Origin: Candidatus Thorarchaeota archaeon
GTDB lineage: Archaea > Asgardarchaeota > Thorarchaeia > Thorarchaeales > Thorarchaeaceae
Assembly: GCA_003345595.1 (NCBI GenBank)
Contig: PRDI01000026.1
Span: 1 to 26,213, forward strand
DNA length: 26,213 nucleotides
Reading direction: 5' to 3'
Notes under the pieces: generated by a model
Told to the model about the DNA's origin: nothing
Databases searched by the model: none
What the model saw: the letters and a program-made list of their open reading frames with translations, nothing else
In this document: positions 7,449 to 16,024 of the stretch, in pieces
Layout: each line of letters opens with the position of its first letter
Numbering within the stretch: the first letter of the stretch is position 1
Made by a program: the position numbers and the translations under genes

Positions 7449-8909
7449 ATGCTAGATACCCGCCATGTGGCCCTAATGCTTTCTCCTCTCTGGAGAGCTC
7501 TCGCCCGGCGTCTCGTTAGTAGGTGTGAGGGGTGTGGGCAAGAGAAACTGCTCTCGGCTTTCGAAACATACTCGGAAGGTCGACGCCTCTCCTGTAAGAG
7601 CTGCTCATTGACGTCGAAACCCATGATGCCCCTGATTCGTCTGCTGTTCTTCAGGCTAGGCATGACAAAAGCTGCGACAAGGTCGCTACTGAGCGATTCA
7701 ACTATTCGCAAATGCATGCTCAGTGTCGTGAAGGGGATTGCGAGCTTCGGAACAAGATATCCCCAACCGACTGGTGCACCAATAACCATTGTATGGAACG
7801 TCACCAACAGGTGTAATCTGAACTGCATCCATTGCCATCAAGACTCATCGCCCGCCTCTTCCGACCCGGAGCTCACGACATCTGATGCGTTCAAGGTAAT
7901 TGACAACATGAGCGAGGCGGGGGTTGTGACACTGACCTTCTCTGGAGGCGAACCCCTTGTCCGCAATGACCTCTGCGACCTCATAAAGAGAGCCGACGAC
8001 AGTGGCATGCTGTGTACAATCGCATCGAATGGTACTCTCATGACTGAACAAACTGCGCGAAGACTGAAGCAAGCGGGGATAAGACGTGTGGAAATAGGAC
8101 TGGATGGAGCCAAACCCGAGACACATGACTTCCTGAGAAACAGAGCCGGAAGTTTCGAGGCAACGGTCAGAGGGATACGAAACTGTGCAGCTGTTGGCTT
8201 TGATGAAATCGCCACAACCATGACTCTACACTCGGGAAACCTCGAGGAACTACAGGACACCATGGACTTGGCTGAGAAACTTGGGGCCACGAGGTTCTAT
8301 CTAAACAGGCTCATACCTGCAGGAAGGGGAGTAGATGCATGCCGCCTTGATGTGACAGCCAAGCAGAAAGTCGAAGCCCTGAAAACACTGTACGCCAAGT
8401 TCTACAAGAGTGCACTGTGTGGATCCGGGATGCAGTGCTACGCCCGTGGTATGACATACTATTCACGCCTCGGCTATGAGCGTTCTGGAGGCAGAGTATT
8501 CACGGTGAGCGAAGCGTTGTCAGGGCACGAAAGCATGTTCAAGGGTAAGTTTGGACTTCAAGTCGCGAGCATTGTGACAAGGCTTGCAGAGGGCTTCAGT
8601 GGGTGTTCAGCATCATTGACATACGCCGGGCTGACCGCTTCGGGAGATCTGCTTCCGTGCGTTCCAGCGCCAATAAGGCTCGGTAGTCTACTTGATGAGA
8701 GCTTGAGTGAAATATGGACGCACAGCAAAGTCCTGAACTACATCAGGAATCGACGAGCACTGAAGGGTTCTTGTGGGTCATGCACATACAAGGGCTTGTG
8801 TGGCGGTTGCAGATACACGGCATATGTCGCAACCGGGGACTGGCTGGGACCGGACGTTTCATGTCCCTATTCACCGCAATCACATGGCGACATAATGCAA
8901 GTTGCATAG
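7449..8909 (+). CDS. Radical SAM enzyme with SPASM domain (NirJ/AhbC-D/PqqE-like superfamily) and N-terminal CxxC...CxxC
   Basis: WNVTNRCNLNCIHC (CxxxCxxC), FSGGEPL, SNGTL. SPASM: GCSA...GDLLPC...CGSCTYKGLCGGCRYTAY...DVSC. ORF open from 7395; start uncertain. Confidence 0.92.
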   Translation: MLDTRHVALMLSPLWRALARRLVSRCEGCGQEKLLSAFETYSEGRRLSCKSCSLTSKPMMPLIRLLFFRLGMTKAATRSLLSDSTIRKCMLSVVKGIASFGTRYPQPTGAPITIVWNVTNRCNLNCIHCHQDSSPASSDPELTTSDAFKVIDNMSEAGVVTLTFSGGEPLVRNDLCDLIKRADDSGMLCTIASNGTLMTEQTARRLKQAGIRRVEIGLDGAKPETHDFLRNRAGSFEATVRGIRNCAAVGFDEIATTMTLHSGNLEELQDTMDLAEKLGATRFYLNRLIPAGRGVDACRLDVTAKQKVEALKTLYAKFYKSALCGSGMQCYARGMTYYSRLGYERSGGRVFTVSEALSGHESMFKGKFGLQVASIVTRLAEGFSGCSASLTYAGLTASGDLLPCVPAPIRLGSLLDESLSEIWTHSKVLNYIRNRRALKGSCGSCTYKGLCGGCRYTAYVATGDWLGPDVSCPYSPQSHGDIMQVA

Positions 8910-8953
8910 AACCAAACGTGAACAGAATCGACGTCATCGTGTGAAACGAGCTC

Positions 8954-9541
8954 TCACTGTTGATGTTCTTCGTTTGGACTTCCAATCTGAGTGCTTCCCG
9001 GGTGCTGCTTTGCAAACTCATCTGCAATGACATCCATTATTAGCAAGTCCTGAAACTGTCCCTCAGTAAACAGTGCTCTCCTGAATATGCCTGTTCTTTG
9101 GAATCCTGCCTTCTCATAACAGCGGATTGCACGTGCATTGGAAACTAGGGTGTTCAGAAAGATGGAGTTCAGGCCAAGTACATGGAATCCAACCCAAAGC
9201 ATGACCTTTGTAGCGTCAGTCCCATATCCCTTCCCGTGATTCTTGGGATCATGAATAGCAATCCCAAACTCCGCTCGTCTATGTTGTGTCGATATGTTGT
9301 CCAAGCTGACACTACCGAGGAACTGGCCGCTCTTCTTGTCCTCAATGGCCAGAACCATACTGCCGCTCTTCCATGGTGTAGACGTTGTGACCTCCTCAAG
9401 CCACTTTCGCTCATTCTCCTCCGAATGAGGGATGGCTGAGTAGAGAAATCTGCGTGTTTCGTAAGTGTTCCAGTGTTTCATGATTTCATCCAGATCACTC
9501 ATCTCCATGGCCCTTAGCCGGACCTTCTCGCCATAGTACAT
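8954..9541 (-). CDS. GNAT family N-acetyltransferase (RimJ/RimL/SpeG-like)
   Basis: GEKVRLRAMEMSD, RRAEFGIAI, HGKGYGTDA (motif A), NARAIRCYEKAGF (motif B). ATG at 9541 preferred over 9613. Confidence 0.92.
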   Translation of the reverse strand: MYYGEKVRLRAMEMSDLDEIMKHWNTYETRRFLYSAIPHSEENERKWLEEVTTSTPWKSGSMVLAIEDKKSGQFLGSVSLDNISTQHRRAEFGIAIHDPKNHGKGYGTDATKVMLWVGFHVLGLNSIFLNTLVSNARAIRCYEKAGFQRTGIFRRALFTEGQFQDLLIMDVIADEFAKQHPGSTQIGSPNEEHQQ

Positions 9542-9630
9542 GGTTACATGACGCACTTGTGATACAGATAAGCATGGTTGCCTCTTTAGCCCAGGTTCCA
9601 GGGATGTGAGCACCCAACTCAGTCATTCAA

Positions 9631-9640
9631 GTTAAATACG
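9631..9640 (+). promoter_or_regulatory. Putative TATA box GTTAAATACG
   Basis: About 20-25 nt upstream of ATG 9657; same core as the actin promoter. Confidence 0.5.
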
Positions 9641-9656
9641 AGCCAGCCTCCGAACA

Positions 9657-10067
9657 ATGCCGGAAGTGATTCACGTGGACAGAGGTAAACACCACAGAGT
9701 AATGTTTCTCATCGCTGCTCTTTGGAACTGGATTCTGGCAGTAACCTTTCTGTTACTACCACGGATTGACATCGACTACTTCCTTTTGTCTGGCATGGAG
9801 GCCCCTCCTACGCTGCTCTGGTTTGACAGCTTCATGGGTCTAGTATTTGCATTTGGGGTTGGATTCTACATCGTCAGTCGCAGCACCAAGGAGAACCATG
9901 GTGTTATTGAGATGGCTATCTTCGAGAAGATCTGGGTCTTCATTGTTGGCCTCTGCTACTTCGTGGTGGGACAGGCATCTGCACTGCTGCTCCTTGTGGT
10001 GTCTGTGGATCTCGTGTTCGGGCTTCTATTCCTTGAAGACCTAATGGCTATCCGCAGGGCACAGTAG
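9657..10067 (+). CDS. Small 4-TM membrane protein of unknown function
   Basis: Four hydrophobic segments, with FLIAALWN...FGVGFY...GVIEMAIFEK...DLVFGLLF. Alternative GTG start at 9675. Confidence 0.8.
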   Translation: MPEVIHVDRGKHHRVMFLIAALWNWILAVTFLLLPRIDIDYFLLSGMEAPPTLLWFDSFMGLVFAFGVGFYIVSRSTKENHGVIEMAIFEKIWVFIVGLCYFVVGQASALLLLVVSVDLVFGLLFLEDLMAIRRAQ

Positions 10068-10229
10068 CACTCCTCCGGCCGTTTGCCGAGTGTTTTCCGC
10101 GGTCGAGTCCACCGATGTGACAGGATGGACCAAACAGAGGTGTCGATGACAGAATCAGCCTCTGTCATCCATCTGTCAAACCATTTAATAGGAATCGGGC
10201 CAATTCAGGAAGCTTGGTGTAAGAGCGAC

Positions 10230-10868
10230 TTGACTGCGGCACCCACAATCAGGTACCTTGGACATGCAGGCTTCCAGTTGCAGAAGGGCTCCTACAGCCT
10301 CGTCATTGACCCAAGAAGCAAGGATGCTGCGAACACCCCATGTGACATGGTATATTGCACACACAGGCACATCGATCATGTTGGAGGGGTGAATGCAATA
10401 CTTGAGCACAACCCTGACGCTATCTTGATAGGCAACAGACAGGTCACAGCCAAATTCTCAAAGTGGGGCGAACGCGTTGTCACAGTGAGTGCAGGTGAGG
10501 TCTTCAACCGAGGACCTTGGAAGTTCGAGTTCATCAACTGCCAGCATGGGCTCTTCAAGGGCGTCATTGACCTTGGACTGCTGGCCCGGACAAGTGGGCT
10601 GACATTTGGACATTGTGGGGACACTGTGACCTTCGATGGGTTCGTTGGGGCTCAAATGGATGTCTTTGCAATTCCTATCTGCGGAGTTTTGGCGGCATCT
10701 CCCAAGAGAGCGATTGCGGAGCTGGAGAAGTTCAGCGAGCAGATGCCCTATGTGGTCGTGATGCATTGGCTATGGCGTAGTCCCAACCGTTTCGCTCGCA
10801 GGTTCGCAAGTCAGTTCCCTGATTCGCGGTGTACAGTGCCAAGCGACGGTGAGATAATCTCCTTCTGA
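10230..10868 (+). CDS. MBL-fold metallo-hydrolase (UPF0173/UlaG-like)
   Basis: IRYLGHAGF, IDP, THRHIDH (HxHxDH), HCGDT, MHW. TTG start at 10230 preferred (ORF open from 10083); ATTTAATA box at about 10183-10190. Confidence 0.88.
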   Translation: MTAAPTIRYLGHAGFQLQKGSYSLVIDPRSKDAANTPCDMVYCTHRHIDHVGGVNAILEHNPDAILIGNRQVTAKFSKWGERVVTVSAGEVFNRGPWKFEFINCQHGLFKGVIDLGLLARTSGLTFGHCGDTVTFDGFVGAQMDVFAIPICGVLAASPKRAIAELEKFSEQMPYVVVMHWLWRSPNRFARRFASQFPDSRCTVPSDGEIISF

Positions 10869-10901
10869 AACGTATGTGCGCTGGAAGAATAGACGAGCTA
10901 T

Positions 10902-11576
10902 TCACTCCACGGAGATCTCTTCACCCTCGTGTAGTGTTACTACCTTGATGCCTGTTCCGGACCCAGCTCTCTTCTCGAATTCGACAGTTCCCTTGTCCCA
11001 AGTGTGCATAGGCACAACTATCCGTGGCCTAATGATCAGGGCCGCATCGGCCGCTTCGACATTATCCATGGTATACTTGTCACCGCAAGGAAGGAGAGCC
11101 ACATCCACCGGTCCAATCTTCTGCATCTCTGGAATGAGATCAGTGTCTCCTGCATGATATACAGTCTTTCCATCCATAGTCACTACGTAGCCAACCCCGA
11201 ACCCCTTGGGATGGTATGGGTTACCCGGAGAACGGAATCGCTTGAGATTGTATGCTTCGACAGCTCTTACCTTGATTCCTTGGACTGCAATTTCCTCACC
11301 TGGCTTAAGCGCCGTAACGGTTCCTCCGATATCTTTCCAGCAGTCCTCCGGAGCGACTACTATCGTCTTGCTCGTGCGAACAGAGGAGATCGCTTCCGGA
11401 AAGCAATGATCATTATGAGAATGAGTCACGAGTATCAGAGTCGCTTGCTCAGAAACAGTAGGAACTTTCTCAATGAGTTTCTTGGGCCGGTAATAGTCTA
11501 CATAGACGACCTTTCCACCAGCCCTGATCTGAAAACCTGAATGGCCAAGCCATCGCACAGTCACTGTCATTGTCAT
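10902..11576 (-). CDS. MBL-fold metallo-hydrolase (UPF0173-like)
   Basis: VRWLGHSGF, THSHNDH, VEAYN...HPKG, YHAGDTD, ALLPCG..YTMD, VVPMH. Confidence 0.92.
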   Translation of the reverse strand: MTMTVTVRWLGHSGFQIRAGGKVVYVDYYRPKKLIEKVPTVSEQATLILVTHSHNDHCFPEAISSVRTSKTIVVAPEDCWKDIGGTVTALKPGEEIAVQGIKVRAVEAYNLKRFRSPGNPYHPKGFGVGYVVTMDGKTVYHAGDTDLIPEMQKIGPVDVALLPCGDKYTMDNVEAADAALIIRPRIVVPMHTWDKGTVEFEKRAGSGTGIKVVTLHEGEEISVE

Positions 11577-11764
11577 CGACTGAAGGCTAGAATGACACTA
11601 TCGATATAACGCCTTCTCCGTAGGCAAGGGATTTTACAATGGCGACTCCTCATGCGCGCTCGTCTGCGGCGATTGAACGTGAACCTTGTCATGCCGATTT
11701 CTTGCAGTCCACAAGGCTTTTGTTTCCGGCTCACAGTAATGAAGAGGCTATCAGACCTTGGACA

Positions 11765-14173
11765 GTGACAACCTTGGCGCAAACGTATGCACCCCCTAGC
11801 GCAGTCTGGCAACCGTCGAAACAGCTTTCTCCCCGCATCAAGCGGCTCAGGGACGAGTATTTCGCATTCGACCAGCGATCCCGGTACTTTACGAATGAAG
11901 TTCGAGGATATACGACAGGAACGCCTTGGGACCAATTATACAGTTTCAATGAATGGGGAGTGACCCCCGAAGCAGTCCCCTTTATGCGGGGATTTCGAGA
12001 CAGCCTGCGGGCACTTGCAGAAACAGTTGAGTTTGGCGACGAGTTGTTCAAGCTCTCCATCGCAGAACGACGAGCGCACTTCTTTAACACAGTGTTGACG
12101 AAGCACTTGCCCGTGGCAATCCTCGAGGGAGAGCTTGTTGTGGGGAGCTACTTCAACACAGCCCTCAGCAAGGTTCTCACAAAGGGTGAGCAGAAGGAAT
12201 GGGACAAGGGACAGGCTCGCTTCTATGAAGAGCTGAAACACAGATGCGAAACCGGGGAGTTCAACTACGGGGCTATTCCCGGTCATCTTGTTCCAAACTA
12301 CCCGAAGATACTGCAGAAAGGGTTCCGGGGAGTCCAAGAAGACCTGAAGGCACTGTCAGCCAAGATCACTGACCCAAAGCACCAAGCATGGCTCAGGGCA
12401 CTGATACTCTCATGTGAAGCCCCGCGGATACTTTCCGAGCGTTATGCTGCCGAGGCCGAGCATCTTGCCAAGAAGGAAAACAACTCAGAACGTCGTCATG
12501 AGCTCGAAATGATCGTTCGCATCTGCCGGAAGGTCCCTTGGGAGCCTGCTGAAACCTTCTGGGAAGCAGTTCAATCCGTCTGGATGAGCCACATGCTGGT
12601 GATGGCCGCAGAGAGCTATCCTGGACCTGGAACAAGCCCCGGACGCATCGACCAATACCTCTTGCCCTACTACGAACACGACCTAGAAAACCACACTATT
12701 ACTCGCGAGTTCGCGAAGGAACTGCTTGAGTGTTACTGGATCAAGCACAACTATGCCTACGATTTTCAGGCCAGAGTAGGCAACTCACAAGGCATCAATT
12801 CCAGCTTCGGCCAGCTGATCACTATCGGCGGGATTGACCGCAACGGCGAGGACAGCAGCAATGACCTGACTTGGCTCATTCTTGAGGTCATTGAAGAGAT
12901 GAACCTACTTGAGCCTAAACCCAATATCCGCCTTCATGCAAAGACGCCTGAGCCTCTTGTTCGCCGCGTCGCTCAAATGGTTGCCCGGTCTCAGGGCAGT
13001 CCTTTCCTCGTGAATTTCGATGAAACTTCAATGAAGGGACTGGTTTGGCAAGGAGTTCCGTCTGACGAAGTCTGGGACTATGCACCAGTGGGCTGCTTGG
13101 AGAACACAATGATTGGCAATGATGTTTCGGGCACAGTAGATGTCAATCCAAACCTCGCCAAGGCGGTCGAACTGGCTCTCAGTGATGGCAGGGACATACG
13201 GCTGGGTCTTCAGCTGGGTCCGAAGACTGGAGATCCACTCAGCTTCAAGACGTTCAGCCAGTTCGATGAGGCCTTCAAAGAACAGACCCGGGCACTTCTC
13301 GACAGGGCGATTAAGGCGAACAACTTCGCTGATGCCTTGCGTGTCAATTTCGAGCCGGTCCCCTATCTATCACTGCTTGTGGACAACTGCGCCGAGTCAG
13401 GCAAGGATTGCAGAGCAGGGGGAGCCAGATACAACTTCATCACAGTCGAAGCGATGGGGCTTTCAACCGCAGCTGACTCGCTTGCAGCAGTGAAGAAACT
13501 CGTATATGACGAGGGCCGCGTGCCTATGGAGAAGCTTCTCCATGCTATCAGGACGAACTTCGAGGACGACGAGGAACTCCGCCAGCTACTGCTTCATCAT
13601 GGTCCCAAGTTCGGTAATGATGATGCAGACGCTGATCAGATCGCCCGTGAGATCTCTAGGTTGTGGGGCGAATACGTGTTCAAGCAGGTTGCTCCAGCCA
13701 GCGGCCGACGATACAGAGGCGGCTACTTGAGCTGGAATTACTTCATCAGTTTTGCCCCCAAGACTGCTGCGACCCCAGATGGTCGAAGGCGCGGCGAATA
13801 CCTGTCTAATGGTGTCTGTCCTGCTCAAGGACGAGACATACAAGGCCCGACAGCAGCCGCTATCAGTGTGGGCAAGCTCGGACTTGAAGCACAACCCAAC
13901 GGATCATCTCACACCATTACGTTCAGTCCATCTTCGCTTCGTGATGAGGAACACCTCAACAAGCTTGTCGCGTTCCTTCGCACTTATGGCAAGGTTGGCG
14001 GCACTGCTATTCAGACTAATGTGGTCAGTGCTGGGACTCTTCGTGCTGCTCAGGAGCGTCCAGAGGAATATCGCAACCTCCTAGTCCGAGTCACCGGGTA
14101 CAACGCCTATTTCACCACACTAGGTAAGGAACAACAGGACGAAATCATCAATCGAGTAAGTCACCAGCTGTGA
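11765..14173 (+). CDS. Glycyl radical enzyme (non-PFL; PFL2/glycerol dehydratase-like family)
   Basis: GELVVG, GHLVPNY..ILQKGF, PAETFWEAVQ, SPGRIDQYL, thiyl-loop GCLE with a single Cys, PKFGNDD, ATPDGRRRG, C-terminal YRNLLVRVTGYNAYF glycyl-radical motif. ORF open from 11639; GTG 11765 or TTG 11774 is the more likely start. Confidence 0.95.
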   Translation: MTTLAQTYAPPSAVWQPSKQLSPRIKRLRDEYFAFDQRSRYFTNEVRGYTTGTPWDQLYSFNEWGVTPEAVPFMRGFRDSLRALAETVEFGDELFKLSIAERRAHFFNTVLTKHLPVAILEGELVVGSYFNTALSKVLTKGEQKEWDKGQARFYEELKHRCETGEFNYGAIPGHLVPNYPKILQKGFRGVQEDLKALSAKITDPKHQAWLRALILSCEAPRILSERYAAEAEHLAKKENNSERRHELEMIVRICRKVPWEPAETFWEAVQSVWMSHMLVMAAESYPGPGTSPGRIDQYLLPYYEHDLENHTITREFAKELLECYWIKHNYAYDFQARVGNSQGINSSFGQLITIGGIDRNGEDSSNDLTWLILEVIEEMNLLEPKPNIRLHAKTPEPLVRRVAQMVARSQGSPFLVNFDETSMKGLVWQGVPSDEVWDYAPVGCLENTMIGNDVSGTVDVNPNLAKAVELALSDGRDIRLGLQLGPKTGDPLSFKTFSQFDEAFKEQTRALLDRAIKANNFADALRVNFEPVPYLSLLVDNCAESGKDCRAGGARYNFITVEAMGLSTAADSLAAVKKLVYDEGRVPMEKLLHAIRTNFEDDEELRQLLLHHGPKFGNDDADADQIAREISRLWGEYVFKQVAPASGRRYRGGYLSWNYFISFAPKTAATPDGRRRGEYLSNGVCPAQGRDIQGPTAAAISVGKLGLEAQPNGSSHTITFSPSSLRDEEHLNKLVAFLRTYGKVGGTAIQTNVVSAGTLRAAQERPEEYRNLLVRVTGYNAYFTTLGKEQQDEIINRVSHQL

Positions 14174-14179
14174 TAGAGA

Positions 14180-15181
14180 GTGAATGTCTTGTCTTCATCG
14201 AGTCCCAGTGGAATGGGCATGGTACTTAACATCCAGCGGTTTTCTACTGAGGACGGTCCTGGGATTCGGACCACAGTGTTTCTGAAAGGTTGCGCATTGC
14301 GGTGCAAGTGGTGCCAGAACCCAGAGTCTTGGACAATGACACCACAGGTCGTCTGGTATCAGAACAGATGCATCGGGGCGCGGCATTGCCTATCAGCCTG
14401 CCCTGAGGAAGCTCTTGCACTGACACCCAAGGGAATGACTATTGACCGCCGGCGCTGCAGTGGCTGTGGGGACTGTGCTCCGGTATGCCCGGCTAAAGCC
14501 ATCGAGGTGCTGGGGACCCGGCGTTCCATAGACGACGTTAGTGCAGAAGTGTTGCGTGACCGCCCATTCTATGAGGAGTCACGTGGGGGTGTGACGCTGA
14601 GTGGCGGCGATCCACTGTTCCAGTTCTCCTTTGCTCTGGCGCTTCTTACCCGCTTCAAAGCCGAAGGGTTACACACCGCCTTGGACACGGCGGGCTATGG
14701 GACACTGAGCAGATTCCGTGCTCTAGTGGGCCAATCCGATCTCGTATTGTATGACTTGAAAATCGTGGAGCCCGAAAAGCACCAGAGATTCACCGGTGTG
14801 CCGGTAGAACCCGTTCTGCGCAACGCAAGATGGCTTGGTGCTCAGCCCAATTCAGTATGGATTCGAACGCCAATCATACCCGGATTCACAGATAGTCCGG
14901 AGAACATCGAAGCGATTGCCGCATTCATACGCGAGAGTATCCCTACTGCAGAGAGGTGGGACCTCCTTGGATTCAACAGACTCTGCCTGCCGAAATGGCA
15001 GCGCCTCGATACACCTTTTGAGTGTACTGAAACCTCCTTGGTCAGCGAACAACAAATGACTCAACTCGTCGAAATCGCAAATGAGTCACAAGTTCCGAAG
15101 ATCACTTGGTCGGGTGTTACGCGCGAAGCGGCAGCGCCCGACCCGATAGAACATCCATATGTAGGCTGTGATAGAAGATGA
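14180..15181 (+). CDS. Glycyl-radical enzyme activating enzyme (radical SAM with ferredoxin-like insert)
   Basis: IQRFSTEDGPGIRTTVFLKGCALRCKWCQNPES; insert CIGARHCLSACP...CSGCGDCAPVCP; GGVTLSGGDP. Starts 6 nt after the GRE stop. Confidence 0.96.
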   Translation: MNVLSSSSPSGMGMVLNIQRFSTEDGPGIRTTVFLKGCALRCKWCQNPESWTMTPQVVWYQNRCIGARHCLSACPEEALALTPKGMTIDRRRCSGCGDCAPVCPAKAIEVLGTRRSIDDVSAEVLRDRPFYEESRGGVTLSGGDPLFQFSFALALLTRFKAEGLHTALDTAGYGTLSRFRALVGQSDLVLYDLKIVEPEKHQRFTGVPVEPVLRNARWLGAQPNSVWIRTPIIPGFTDSPENIEAIAAFIRESIPTAERWDLLGFNRLCLPKWQRLDTPFECTETSLVSEQQMTQLVEIANESQVPKITWSGVTREAAAPDPIEHPYVGCDRR

Positions 15182-15996
15182 CTGCCAAACTTCCTGATGC
15201 AGCGCATGATGCCTTCGATTTGGACTTGGCTGCCAAATTCCTGGCAACGTTGAATGCTCAAGGTGAGCCGAACATCGCTCCCGTTATCACCACATATCCG
15301 TGGGATGATGAAACTCTCGTCTTTGGCGACTTCCTCATAAGGAAGACCAAGGAGAACCTCCTCTGTCAACAGGAGAGTCCAGTTTCTGTTGCAGTGATGA
15401 CTCAGGACTTCAGCGCCTTCGAGGTGCGGGGTCGCTTTCTAGGCTTTGAAACAAAAGGTCCGAAGTTCGACCGGATTAGCAGCAAGGACCTCTTCCGGTA
15501 TTCTGCGATTGGTTTGCTTCGAAGCGTCGGGACCATAGCAGTTGACGAAGTCTATGCCATGCCGATGACTAAGATGGGCATTGCGTTCGAGTGGCTGACC
15601 ACGCGGTTGGCGGCGCGGCGGCCGTCAGATGCACGGCCCGGCAAAGCAATCCATCCTGTCGTTGCCGCAAAGGTGGGTGCGCTGATGGGTGCCAAGTTTC
15701 TCGCCGTTTCTCGGAAGGGTTCGATAGACCAGTTTCCGGCTCTTTGCCTCCAGCCCGCAGGAAATGACTATGTTGTGTTTCGCACAAAGTTGGTCCGTGA
15801 GAGGCGTAGATCCCTCAGCGAAGGTGACCACGTGGCCATTTCCGTCTTCACATTGGACCCTCAGGCCTACCAGCTCAAGGGCGAGTTTGTAGGATACCGC
15901 CGGTCACGCGGCTTCGAGGTTGGGCTTGTACGAGTCACGAGCATATGGACTCAAGTCCCACCGATTCCCGGGACCGAAATCACGTACAAGAGCTGA
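15178..15996 (+). CDS. Pyridoxamine 5'-phosphate oxidase-like FMN-binding split-barrel protein (two tandem domains)
   Basis: KFLATLNAQGEPNIAP...KTKENL...FEVRGRF, repeated as KFLAVSRKG...YQLKGEF. ATGA overlap with the activase. Confidence 0.8.
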   Translation: MTAKLPDAAHDAFDLDLAAKFLATLNAQGEPNIAPVITTYPWDDETLVFGDFLIRKTKENLLCQQESPVSVAVMTQDFSAFEVRGRFLGFETKGPKFDRISSKDLFRYSAIGLLRSVGTIAVDEVYAMPMTKMGIAFEWLTTRLAARRPSDARPGKAIHPVVAAKVGALMGAKFLAVSRKGSIDQFPALCLQPAGNDYVVFRTKLVRERRRSLSEGDHVAISVFTLDPQAYQLKGEFVGYRRSRGFEVGLVRVTSIWTQVPPIPGTEITYKS

Positions 15997-16024
15997 CCTG
16001 TGGTGCAAAGGTTCTGGGTGCTTT

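Noticed and set aside
8954-9541. GNAT as an actin N-terminal acetyltransferase
   Set aside because: It is a generic RimJ/RimL/SpeG-type GNAT about 6 kb away with no linkage evidence.
11765-14173. Annotation as pyruvate formate-lyase (pflB) or alkyl/benzylsuccinate synthase
   Set aside because: Lacks the adjacent Cys-Cys pair of PFL and has no small BSS/ASS subunit genes nearby.
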